Shown in pieces: positions 27,514 to 36,120 of a stretch of DNA of 64,000 nucleotides. The number at the start of each line of letters is the position of its first letter. Position 1 is the first letter of the stretch. The position numbers were made by a program, and so were the translations under genes. The stretch is from positions 1,241-65,240 of the forward strand of contig JAFXEC010000015.1 in the NCBI GenBank assembly GCA_017521005.1, read 5' to 3'. The DNA comes from Clostridia bacterium (GTDB lineage: Bacteria > Bacillota > Clostridia > TANB77 > CAG-465). Under the pieces are notes generated by a model. It was not told the origin of the DNA, ran no database searches, and saw only the letters and a list, made by a program, of their open reading frames with translations.

Positions 27514-28503
27514 TTGGAACTAAAAGAATATATAAAGGAAATAAAAGTTGGGAATGTACCGGTAAAACACAATGTGTTTTTAGCGCCAATGGCAGGTGTT
27601 ACAGATTTACCATTTAGATATATTTGTAACAAATATGGTGGTGTGGTATATTCTCCAACAGAAATGGTTAGTACTCGTGGACTTGTATATCAAGATAAAA
27701 AGACACATAAAATAATGGATATGCATGAAAACGAAAATCCCAAAGTAATACAAATATTTGGTAGTGAACCGGATATTATAAAACAAGTGGTACTTAAACT
27801 AAACGAAAGTGATGATGTAGACATTATAGACTTTAATATGGGATGCCCAGCACCTAAAGTAGTAAAAAATGGTGATGGTAGTGAACTTCTAAAAGACTTA
27901 GATAAGGTAGAAGAAATAATTAAAACACTTACAGAAACTAGTGCTAAACCAGTTACAATAAAAACAAGACTTGGATATAACAAGGATACAATGACTGCTG
28001 TTAAAGTTGCTAAACTTTGTGAAAAATATGGAGTTAGCATGCTAACAGTTCATGGTAGAACAAGAGATCAGTATTATACAGGTATAGCAGATTTAGAAGG
28101 TATAAAAGAAGTTAAAGAAAGCGTATCTATTCCGGTAGTAGGAAATGGAGATGTTGTAGATGTAGAATCTGCTAAAAGGATGTTTGAAACAGGTGTAGAT
28201 GCAATTATGATAGGTAGAGCTGCGATGGGAAATCCTTGGATATTTAGAAGTATAATAGAAGGAAAAGAATATATACCAAGTTTAGAAGAAAGATTTAATG
28301 TAATACGAGAGCATTTGGATTTAGCTCTGTCTCGTGAAAGAGAAGAAGTGGCAATACCTAAAATGCGTAAACATATTGCTTGGTATTTTAAAGGATTAAA
28401 ACATAGTAGTATTGCAAGAGATAGAATAAACAAAGAAAACACATATGAAGGTGTGGTAAATATTCTAAATGAATATTATGAAATGCTAAAGAGGGAAGAA
28501 TAA
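27514..28503 (+). CDS. dusB: tRNA-dihydrouridine synthase
   Basis: Motifs LAPMAGVTDLPFR, IDFNMGCPAPKV and TVHGRTR. The probable start is TTG at 27514, after AAAGGAGA. The 5' part of the ORF-track frame overlaps the preceding gene. Confidence 0.85.
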   Translation: MELKEYIKEIKVGNVPVKHNVFLAPMAGVTDLPFRYICNKYGGVVYSPTEMVSTRGLVYQDKKTHKIMDMHENENPKVIQIFGSEPDIIKQVVLKLNESDDVDIIDFNMGCPAPKVVKNGDGSELLKDLDKVEEIIKTLTETSAKPVTIKTRLGYNKDTMTAVKVAKLCEKYGVSMLTVHGRTRDQYYTGIADLEGIKEVKESVSIPVVGNGDVVDVESAKRMFETGVDAIMIGRAAMGNPWIFRSIIEGKEYIPSLEERFNVIREHLDLALSREREEVAIPKMRKHIAWYFKGLKHSSIARDRINKENTYEGVVNILNEYYEMLKREE

Positions 28504-28599
28504 ACCAAACAGGACATAGAAGAATTAGTCAATTCTCACTTTGTGTCCTGTTATTTTTTAGTTAGATATTATAGAATAAAGACTAGAAAGAGGTGGATT

Positions 28600-29274
28600 A
28601 TGGATCAAGAAAAAATAGGAAGATTTATAGCAGAAAGAAGAAAAGAGAAAAATATGACGCAAGAACAAATGGCAGAAAAAATAGGAGTATCTAGTAAATC
28701 AATAAGCCGTTGGGAAAATGGAAAAACAATGCCAGATGTTTCGTTATTTGAAACACTATGCGAAGAATTAAATATAACAGTTAATGAATTATTAAAAGGA
28801 GAAAAAATAACTAGTAAAAGCAAATCAATTAATTTATCTGCAAAAACACTTTTAGATTACACAAACTATATAAAAAGAAAAAACAAGAGAATAATACTAA
28901 CTATATTATTCTTTATGAGTTTATTACCAATGTTAATGAATCAATATGGTGGGCTAAAAGGTGTACAAGAAATAACAGGTCTAATTAATTTATTAAATCC
29001 AATAGGAATATTATCTGTAATATTATTTCTTCTAGGAGTATGGTTACCGTTTAAGAAAGATATAATAGGGAAAATAATAGGAGGAATTGGTGTAATAGGA
29101 ATTGTAACATCAGAAATATATAAATTCTTCACATGGCATATTATGAACATAACAGGCGAAATGAGCTTAGCAAACAGCATAGAATTTGCTTTTCCAGAAT
29201 TTTATATAGGAATGGGAATATCTTTAATTATGGTAGTTATATATTTTTTAATAGATAAAATAATAAAAGAATAA
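28600..29274 (+). CDS. Membrane-tethered XRE-family HTH regulator
   Basis: An N-terminal HTH (MTQEQMAEKIGVSSKSISRWENGKTMPD) followed by about four TM helices. ATG 28600 follows GAGGTGG. Confidence 0.7.
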   Translation: MDQEKIGRFIAERRKEKNMTQEQMAEKIGVSSKSISRWENGKTMPDVSLFETLCEELNITVNELLKGEKITSKSKSINLSAKTLLDYTNYIKRKNKRIILTILFFMSLLPMLMNQYGGLKGVQEITGLINLLNPIGILSVILFLLGVWLPFKKDIIGKIIGGIGVIGIVTSEIYKFFTWHIMNITGEMSLANSIEFAFPEFYIGMGISLIMVVIYFLIDKIIKE

Positions 29275-29331
29275 AGTAACAGTTAGCAGAAATGCTAGCT
29301 GTTTTTGTGCATATAATACAATAGGTGGATT

Positions 29332-29712
29332 ATGAAACGTGGAGATATATATTATGCAGATTTAGGCAAGGTAGTAGGAAGTGAACAATCGGGAATTAGA
29401 CCGGTTGTTGTTGTACAAAACAATCTGGGAAACAAATACAGTAATACAGTAATAGTTTTACCTATAACCTCTAGAGTTAAAAAGAAATTACCAACGCATG
29501 TGAGTATAAGCAAAAATAAATATGGTTTGGAAAAGGACTCAATTATTCTTGTAGAACAGATTAGAACGTTAGATAAAAGTAGGTTAAAAGAAAGAATAGG
29601 AAGGGTAGATAAAAAGGTTTTAGATGAGATTAAAAATGCCGTAATTATTAGTTGCGACTTGCGTGGAAATGCTAGTTTTTTAGAGTGCTTAAAGTTTTTT
29701 AGAAATATGTGA
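29332..29712 (+). CDS. mazF: MazF/EndoA-type endoribonuclease toxin
   Basis: MKRGDIYYADLGKVVGSEQSGIRPVVVVQNN.GN...PTHV...DSIILVEQIRTLDKSRL is close to Bacillus EndoA along its whole length. There is no antitoxin ORF on either side. Confidence 0.85.
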   Translation: MKRGDIYYADLGKVVGSEQSGIRPVVVVQNNLGNKYSNTVIVLPITSRVKKKLPTHVSISKNKYGLEKDSIILVEQIRTLDKSRLKERIGRVDKKVLDEIKNAVIISCDLRGNASFLECLKFFRNM

Positions 29713-29731
29713 TAAAATATGTGAAATTTCC

Positions 29732-29760
29732 TTGCAATATGTTTTTATGAATGTTAAAAT
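29732..29760 (+). promoter_or_regulatory. Extended -10 promoter upstream of the beta-CASP gene
   Basis: TTGCAA, a 17-nt spacer, TAAAAT, with TGt upstream. Confidence 0.45.
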
Positions 29761-29810
29761 AAAGGCAGTAGTACAAATTTACTCTAATTATAATTAAAGG
29801 AGAATAGTAT

Positions 29811-31325
29811 ATGGACAGTAGACTAAAAATCAAAGCTTATGTAACATCGTACTCTGAGGAAGTCACTGGTAGCTGCAACCATGTGAAGGTTGCCTGGCCG
29901 GATGGTCGGGAACTTTCGTTTGTAATCGATTGCGGACTCTTCCAGGAAAAAGAACATTTAGAAAGGAATGCTGAAAAGTTCGGTTTTACACCAAGCAACA
30001 TCGCGTTTGCAATCGCAACCCACGTACACACTGACCATGTTGGTCGGTTCCCGTATCTGGTAAAGAAAGGTTTTATGGGTAGAATCTATACTACCGAGGA
30101 AACTAAGCAACTCCTTCCTTATATCTTGTCTGAGACAAGTGACAGACTTCAGGAAGAATATGACGTTGCACTTAAGAAGTACAAAGCGGAGAAGAAGGCT
30201 GTGCGTAAGGCAAAGCTGGATTCGAAAGGTCGCGGCAAGAGAGACAAGCAGCGTAGGGAATATACCAAGGATAAGCCCAAAACTGAAACTCATATGCCGG
30301 TATTAATTTTTGAAAGAAAAGACATTGATGTCTGCTTAGATAGAGTTAACACAGTAGCACCTTTTGAAATGTTTTCTCCCGCGGAAGGTTTGGAAATCAC
30401 ATTCTATCCGAATGCTCATATCGGCGGTGCAGTTCTTGTACACGTAAGGGCTTTCGATGAAAGTGAAGAGTTGAACTTCTTGTTCACTGGAGACCTGGGA
30501 ATGACAAATCCTGTCACCGGCGGAGTTACAATCATTCCTGACGAGGTTTGTAAAAAGATTGACTTTGTAGTATCTGAAGCTACCTACGGAGCATCTGATG
30601 GACCTCGCGATGATGAAGCAGAGAGACAAAGACACATCAAGATTCTGGAAAACGTTCGTAAGAAGCGTGGAACAGTAATGTATATGTCCAACTCTCTCGA
30701 AAGACCTCAGAAAGTTTGTGCAGACCTCGTAAGTATGCAGAGGGAAAATGTATTTGAAGGAATCAAGGATTTCAAAATCTATTTCGATTCTACCTTTGGT
30801 ATTAAGTGCCATTCCAAGTATGTAAAGCTTTACGGCACAGACTATGTTCCGGAAAACTTCAGAATTATCGACAAGACCGACCGCGAGTTGGTTGCAGCCG
30901 AGCAAGGACCTAAGATGATTATCTGCACATCGCCGAGACTTTATCAAGGTTCGTTTGTAACGTATGGTGCAAAGATGCTTGCAAACAAAAATGTAACGCT
31001 TATCTTTGTAGCATATATTCCGGAGAATGTAAGGAACATCGTAAATCTGCCTCGTGGAACTGAAATCGAGTATATGGGCGAGAAAGTAAAACTCATGTGT
31101 AAGATGTATAACTTCGGTTATTACTCTTCGCACATCCCTCCTGAAGACTTGGATAAGTTCCTTGCAAGGTTTGAAAACGCAAAAGCACTTCTTTTCAACC
31201 ACGGCACTGTAGAAGCAAAGAGCAATTATGTAAGAAGATACAAGACGGATGTAAACTCCACACACAACCTCTTGTTCGGAAGAACGGTAATGCTCACTTC
31301 TGATGGAATCAAAAAGTATTATTAA
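29811..31325 (+). CDS. Metallo-beta-lactamase fold nuclease of the beta-CASP family (CPSF/RNase J/SNM1-like), with a Lys/Arg-rich insert
   Basis: MBL motifs: VIDCG (1), HVHTDHVGR (2), NAHIGGAV (3) and FTGDLG (4). beta-CASP motifs: SEATYG (A), YSSH (B) and FNHG (C). A basic insert spans about aa 125-165. A hand count of the first 120 nt gives about 45% GC, against about 30% in the flanking DNA. Confidence 0.7.
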   Translation: MDSRLKIKAYVTSYSEEVTGSCNHVKVAWPDGRELSFVIDCGLFQEKEHLERNAEKFGFTPSNIAFAIATHVHTDHVGRFPYLVKKGFMGRIYTTEETKQLLPYILSETSDRLQEEYDVALKKYKAEKKAVRKAKLDSKGRGKRDKQRREYTKDKPKTETHMPVLIFERKDIDVCLDRVNTVAPFEMFSPAEGLEITFYPNAHIGGAVLVHVRAFDESEELNFLFTGDLGMTNPVTGGVTIIPDEVCKKIDFVVSEATYGASDGPRDDEAERQRHIKILENVRKKRGTVMYMSNSLERPQKVCADLVSMQRENVFEGIKDFKIYFDSTFGIKCHSKYVKLYGTDYVPENFRIIDKTDRELVAAEQGPKMIICTSPRLYQGSFVTYGAKMLANKNVTLIFVAYIPENVRNIVNLPRGTEIEYMGEKVKLMCKMYNFGYYSSHIPPEDLDKFLARFENAKALLFNHGTVEAKSNYVRRYKTDVNSTHNLLFGRTVMLTSDGIKKYY

Positions 31326-31342
31326 GCTTAAGTCTCAAATTA

Positions 31343-31375
31343 GGGCTAACACCTAAAGGTGTTAGCTCTTTTTTG
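31343..31375 (+). terminator. Terminator of the beta-CASP gene
   Basis: An 11-bp stem, gggctaacacc / ggtgttagctc, followed by T6. Confidence 0.7.
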
Positions 31376-31463
31376 CGCAAATATATCTAGATATTTTGTA
31401 GTGTTCTTGCAACATTTTCTCTTTTTTGATAAAATACTATATGTAAAATTTGAGGTGGTATAT

Positions 31464-32606
31464 ATGGCAAATGTAATAGATTATATAAAATGGAGAGGCG
31501 ATTTAAGTGTAACCCAAGATGGCTTTAACGAAGTAGATGGATTAATACTTTCTAGAGCGTCATATTTTCCATTTGAATCTTTAATGGAAGATAATGAAAC
31601 AGTTACATTTAAGGAAATTGGTGAAAGATATTCTAAACTTGATGTAAAGACGTTAAATATCCTTTGGCCGGATGATGTATACTTAATTCCTGCAATGGGA
31701 AGCTCAAAAAGATTTGGAGAAATGTTAGTAACTAAATATGATCATAAGATTGTAAAAGAACAAGATATACAATATGCAGCTGTGACTATACTTATGCCAA
31801 ATGACACGATATATGTGTCATATAGAGGAACAGATAGTACGGTAGTAGGTTGGAAAGAAGACCTTAATATGACATTTATGACTCATGTTGCATCACAAAA
31901 AGAAGGTGTGAAATATTTAGAACAAGTTGCTAAAGAATTTCCTAACAAAAAGATATTAGTAGGCGGACATTCTAAAGGTGGAAATGTAGCGGTGTATTCT
32001 GCTATATATGCTAGCAAAGAAGTGCAAGATAGAATTGTAACTGTATATAACAATGAAGGCCCTGGATTTAATAAAGAAATTATTGAATCAAAAGAATATA
32101 AGCAAATGATAAATAAAGTTGAAACGTATATTCCACAAGATTCAATCTTTGGAAGAATGTTATATAACGAAGGTAAATATACAGTAGTAAAAAGTAATGA
32201 ATTTGGCGTTATGCAACATGATTTATACAGCTGGGAAATAGAAGGCAATAAATTTATAAAACTTAAAGAAGTAACAAACGGTAGTAAATTTATAGATAAG
32301 AGCTTAAAAGATTGGTTGGAACAAACTGATCCTAAGAAACGTGAAAAGGTAATTGAAGTTGTATTTGAAATAATAAACACAACAAATATAGAATCATTTA
32401 AAGAGCTTATGAAAAATCCAATAGCTAAAGGTAAAATATTACTTGGATCATATAAAGAATTAGATGAAGAAACTAAGGATATGATTATAAAAACAATAAC
32501 AATACTATTTAAGATAATGAAAGATAACTTTGTAGAAGAAACAAAATTAAAAACAAAAACTAAAAAAGAAGGGAAAAAGAATGTTGGAGCTGAACAAACA
32601 GTATAA
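31464..32606 (+). CDS. Mbeg1-like (DUF2974) alpha/beta-hydrolase, lipase-class-3-like
   Basis: MANVIDYIKWRGD..., YVSYRGTD and the nucleophile elbow GGHSKGGNVA. ATG 31464 follows GAGGTGG, and the upstream part of the ORF-track frame is non-coding. Confidence 0.65.
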   Translation: MANVIDYIKWRGDLSVTQDGFNEVDGLILSRASYFPFESLMEDNETVTFKEIGERYSKLDVKTLNILWPDDVYLIPAMGSSKRFGEMLVTKYDHKIVKEQDIQYAAVTILMPNDTIYVSYRGTDSTVVGWKEDLNMTFMTHVASQKEGVKYLEQVAKEFPNKKILVGGHSKGGNVAVYSAIYASKEVQDRIVTVYNNEGPGFNKEIIESKEYKQMINKVETYIPQDSIFGRMLYNEGKYTVVKSNEFGVMQHDLYSWEIEGNKFIKLKEVTNGSKFIDKSLKDWLEQTDPKKREKVIEVVFEIINTTNIESFKELMKNPIAKGKILLGSYKELDEETKDMIIKTITILFKIMKDNFVEETKLKTKTKKEGKKNVGAEQTV

Positions 32607-33945
32607 TTTCAAAATAAAAGATGTTGGTATGAATTTTGAAGGTATTGCTAAATCTGATGATGGACTTACTGTGTTTGTACTAGGAGCATTAAAAGACGAA
32701 GAAGTTAATGCTAAGATAATAAAGCTTAATAAGAATTATGCACTTGGAGACTTAAAAGAAATAAAAGAAGCTTCTAAAAGAAGAGCCAAACCAATATGTG
32801 AATATTATTCTAGATGTGGCGGTTGTGAAGCTATGCATACAGACTACAAAAACACATTAGAAATAAAGAAAGAAAAAGTAATTAACAACATAAAGAAACA
32901 AGGTTTAGATGAAAAATTAGTTAAAGATATATATGGTATGGATAAACCATATTATTATAGGAATAAAGTTCAATACCCTATGATAAACCGTAATGGTAGA
33001 AACTATGTTGGTATGTATGAAAAAGGTAGCCACGATTTAGTAAATAACACAGAATGCTACATACAAGATGAAATAACACATAAAGTTGCAAGAAGATTAT
33101 TTGAACTTTTAGACAAAGAAAAGTTTGTAGGATACAATGAAAAAACACTAACTGGAGATATACGTAATATAATGGTTAGACGTGGAATACATACAAATGA
33201 GGTTATGTGTGTATTAGTTGTAACAGATAAGTGTTTAGCAAAAGATGCAAGAATGGACAAGGTAGTAAAAGAAATTACAAAAGAATATCCAAACATTAAA
33301 TCTTTTGTACTAAATATAAATAGCAAAAATACAAATGTAATATTATCTGATGAAAATGTTTGTATATATGGAGATGAATATATAACAGATAAAATAGGTA
33401 ATTATACATTTAAGATTACAGCAGATTCATTCTTTCAAGTAAATACGCTTCAAGCCGAAGTGCTATATAACCTTCTAAAAGCAGAAATGGAACTTGAAAA
33501 AGATAAAACAGTATTAGAGTTATATAGTGGAGTTGGAAGTATAGGAATATACTTGTCTGATGCCGTAAAAGATATATATGCAGTAGAAATTGTAGAATCT
33601 GCAGTAGAAGCTGCAAAAGAAAATGCAAGAATAAACAATGTAACAAATGTAATACATGTATTAGGGGATGCTACAAAAGAAACATTAAAATTAAAAGACG
33701 AAGGTAAGTTTTTTGATTATATAGTAGTAGATCCACCAAGAAAAGGATTAGATGAACAAGGTGTAGAATTAATACTAGAACTTGCTCCTACTAAAATAGG
33801 ATATGTAAGTTGCAACTCAGCTACACTTGCAAGAGACTTAAAACTTTTATCTCAAAAATATGATATAAAAGAAATAAAGATGGTAGATATGTTCCCTTGG
33901 ACAAGCCATATAGAATGTGTTTGTGTATTGGAACTTAAGAAATAA
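32581..33945 (+). CDS. rlmD: 23S rRNA (uracil-C5)-methyltransferase, RlmD/RumA family
   Basis: An N-terminal TRAM domain, the Fe-S Cys cluster CEYYSRCGGCEAMH, the SAM motif LELYSGVGSIG and C-terminal DPPRKG...VSCN. Confidence 0.85.
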   Translation: MLELNKQYNFKIKDVGMNFEGIAKSDDGLTVFVLGALKDEEVNAKIIKLNKNYALGDLKEIKEASKRRAKPICEYYSRCGGCEAMHTDYKNTLEIKKEKVINNIKKQGLDEKLVKDIYGMDKPYYYRNKVQYPMINRNGRNYVGMYEKGSHDLVNNTECYIQDEITHKVARRLFELLDKEKFVGYNEKTLTGDIRNIMVRRGIHTNEVMCVLVVTDKCLAKDARMDKVVKEITKEYPNIKSFVLNINSKNTNVILSDENVCIYGDEYITDKIGNYTFKITADSFFQVNTLQAEVLYNLLKAEMELEKDKTVLELYSGVGSIGIYLSDAVKDIYAVEIVESAVEAAKENARINNVTNVIHVLGDATKETLKLKDEGKFFDYIVVDPPRKGLDEQGVELILELAPTKIGYVSCNSATLARDLKLLSQKYDIKEIKMVDMFPWTSHIECVCVLELKK

Positions 33946-33974
33946 GAAAGGTAAAAAATAAAGGAATATACAAA

Positions 33975-34736
33975 ATGATTAGATATTATTACTCGATTAT
34001 TAGAAATGCTTTTACAATTCTAAATGAAGTAGAAGCAATGAACAAGATGAATAAAGATTTAGAAAACAATCCAAATGAATATTCAGACGAATATATATAT
34101 AAATATGTTAAAGATAATATATTATCTGTAATGCATAGAACAGGACGTATAGAAACAATAGTATATGGTGAAGAGAATTTACCTAAAGAGGGTGGATATA
34201 TGATGTACCCTAATCACCAAGGCAAATATGATGTATATGGTATTGTTTCTGTTCATGAAAAGCCTTGTACCTTTGTAATGGATATAGAAAAGTCATATAG
34301 ATTAGGTGTAAATCAATTAGTAAAACTTATGAGAGCTAAACGCTTAAACAAAAAAGATAACAGACAAGCTATGAAGGTAATTAATGCGGTGGCAGAAGAA
34401 GTAAAACAAGGCAGAAAATATGTCTTATTCCCAGAAGGTACTTACGATGGTAAAAAACCTAATGAACTTCTAGAGTTTAAACCGGGGTGCTTTAAGATAG
34501 CGTTAAAATCCGGTGTGCCAATTGTACCAGTAGTACTAGTAAACTCGCATATACCATACAATTCATGGAGTTTAAGAAAAGTAACAACAGAAGTGCATTA
34601 TTTAGAGCCAATATGTTATGATGAGTATAAAGATATGAATACTCAACAAATTGCAGAAATGGTAAAGAGTAAAATAGCAAATAAAATAGCAGAAGTACAA
34701 GAAAACAAAAAGAAGAATAAGGGAAAAAAGAAATAA
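33975..34736 (+). CDS. Lysophospholipid (1-acyl-glycerol-3-phosphate) acyltransferase family protein
   Basis: An HX4D-like motif (PNHQGKYD), FPEGT and VPIVPV blocks, and a Lys-rich tail. Confidence 0.65.
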   Translation: MIRYYYSIIRNAFTILNEVEAMNKMNKDLENNPNEYSDEYIYKYVKDNILSVMHRTGRIETIVYGEENLPKEGGYMMYPNHQGKYDVYGIVSVHEKPCTFVMDIEKSYRLGVNQLVKLMRAKRLNKKDNRQAMKVINAVAEEVKQGRKYVLFPEGTYDGKKPNELLEFKPGCFKIALKSGVPIVPVVLVNSHIPYNSWSLRKVTTEVHYLEPICYDEYKDMNTQQIAEMVKSKIANKIAEVQENKKKNKGKKK

Positions 34737-34761
34737 AATCTAAATTTAGGAGAAATAGCTT

Positions 34762-35949
34762 ATGGAAAAAGAGAAGAAGAGTTTTTTTAAGAATAAAACA
34801 GTTAGAATATTACTAAAACTTATACTCACAGCAATAGTATTATTTGTGAGCTGGATAATAGGAATTTTCTTACTAATAATAGGTAGTTCGTCAGATATTT
34901 TAGGAATACTAACTTTCTTAAGTGTATTAGTAGTGCCAGGATTATTTTTACCATTAATATACGCTAAGAAGAAAAAGAAAGTACTTAAGATTTGGTGCAT
35001 ATTTGTTATAGTATTAGCTATATGTTTAGGTATAAATATAGGTATTGTTAAGTATGATGAAAGCATTACAATAAACACAAATCCTAATATTAATACAAGC
35101 GAATATTTACCGTTTACTAATAATTCTAAAATAGTAAAATTAGACTATGAAGCAAGTCTAAAGTTAAAAGATAATTTACCAATTGTAGATGGAGCAGCGG
35201 CAGTATTTCCAGTATATTCTGCTTTTGTAAATGCTGTATATCCAAATACAACTACTCTAAATGATGGCGTATTTGAGTACAACAATACAGTTAGAGGATA
35301 TAGACTGCTTGGAGAAAAAAGAATAGATATATTCTTTGGAGCATATCCATCAGAAGAACAGATAGAAACTGCAAAAGAAAATAACACTGAATTTGAGTAC
35401 ACTAAAATAGGAACAGAAGCTTTTGTGTTCTTTGTTCATAAAGATAATCCAGTTACAAGTTTAACAGCAGATCAAATTAGAAAGATTTATTCTGGCGAAA
35501 TAACAAACTGGAAAGAAGTTGGGGGAAAGAATGAGGAAATAGTAGCCTTCCAAAGAAATGAAGGAAGCGGCAGTCAAAGTATGCTAATTCGTTTTATGGA
35601 TGGTAAGAAGATAATGAAAGCCCCAACAGAACAAGTAAATGATATGATGTCTGGAATAATAGAACAAGTTTCTAATTACAGAAACAAAACAAATTCAATA
35701 GGATTTTCGTTTAGATACTACCTAGAAGGTATTATTAAAAATCCGGATGTAAAGATGGTAAGTATAGATGGTATATCACCAACTGTAGAAAATATTAAAA
35801 ACGGAAGTTATCCAATTACTACTTCTTTATACGCAGTAACATATAAAGATAATCCAAACGAAAATGTGAATAAATTAATAAAATGGGTATTATCTAAAGA
35901 AGGCCAAGAAATAATAGAAAAAACAGGCTATGTAGGAGTAGGAAAATAA
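34762..35949 (+). CDS. Membrane-anchored PstS-like (PBP type 2) substrate-binding protein
   Basis: Three N-terminal TM helices followed by the PBP-like blocks DGAAAVFPVY, QRNEGSGSQ and ISIDG. No cognate pstCAB genes are adjacent. Confidence 0.6.
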   Translation: MEKEKKSFFKNKTVRILLKLILTAIVLFVSWIIGIFLLIIGSSSDILGILTFLSVLVVPGLFLPLIYAKKKKKVLKIWCIFVIVLAICLGINIGIVKYDESITINTNPNINTSEYLPFTNNSKIVKLDYEASLKLKDNLPIVDGAAAVFPVYSAFVNAVYPNTTTLNDGVFEYNNTVRGYRLLGEKRIDIFFGAYPSEEQIETAKENNTEFEYTKIGTEAFVFFVHKDNPVTSLTADQIRKIYSGEITNWKEVGGKNEEIVAFQRNEGSGSQSMLIRFMDGKKIMKAPTEQVNDMMSGIIEQVSNYRNKTNSIGFSFRYYLEGIIKNPDVKMVSIDGISPTVENIKNGSYPITTSLYAVTYKDNPNENVNKLIKWVLSKEGQEIIEKTGYVGVGK

Positions 35950-36064
35950 AGTTAGATATATTAAATAAAAACTATCCAGAAATGGGTAGTTTTTATTATG
36001 TTTGTTATATGTCGAAAGTTGTCAAAAATTGCGATGAAAAGTGGTGGAAATTAAATAAAATATA

Positions 36065-36093
36065 TTTACAAAAGAACTAATGTTTGCTAAAAT
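36065..36093 (+). promoter_or_regulatory. Promoter with embedded LexA (Cheo) box
   Basis: TTTACA (36065-36070), a 17-nt spacer, then TAAAAT (36088-36093). The spacer contains aGAACtaatGTTtg (36073-36086), matching the Firmicute SOS-box core GAAC-N4-GTTY. Confidence 0.5.
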
Positions 36094-36120
36094 CTTTCTT
36101 ACAAAAGAGGAGGTTATAAT

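Noticed and set aside
30336-31265. A 309-aa minus-strand ORF inside the GC-rich beta-CASP gene.
   Set aside because: Higher GC reduces stop codons on all frames. The plus-strand frame contains every MBL and beta-CASP motif in the right order, and the minus-strand product has no recognisable feature or RBS.
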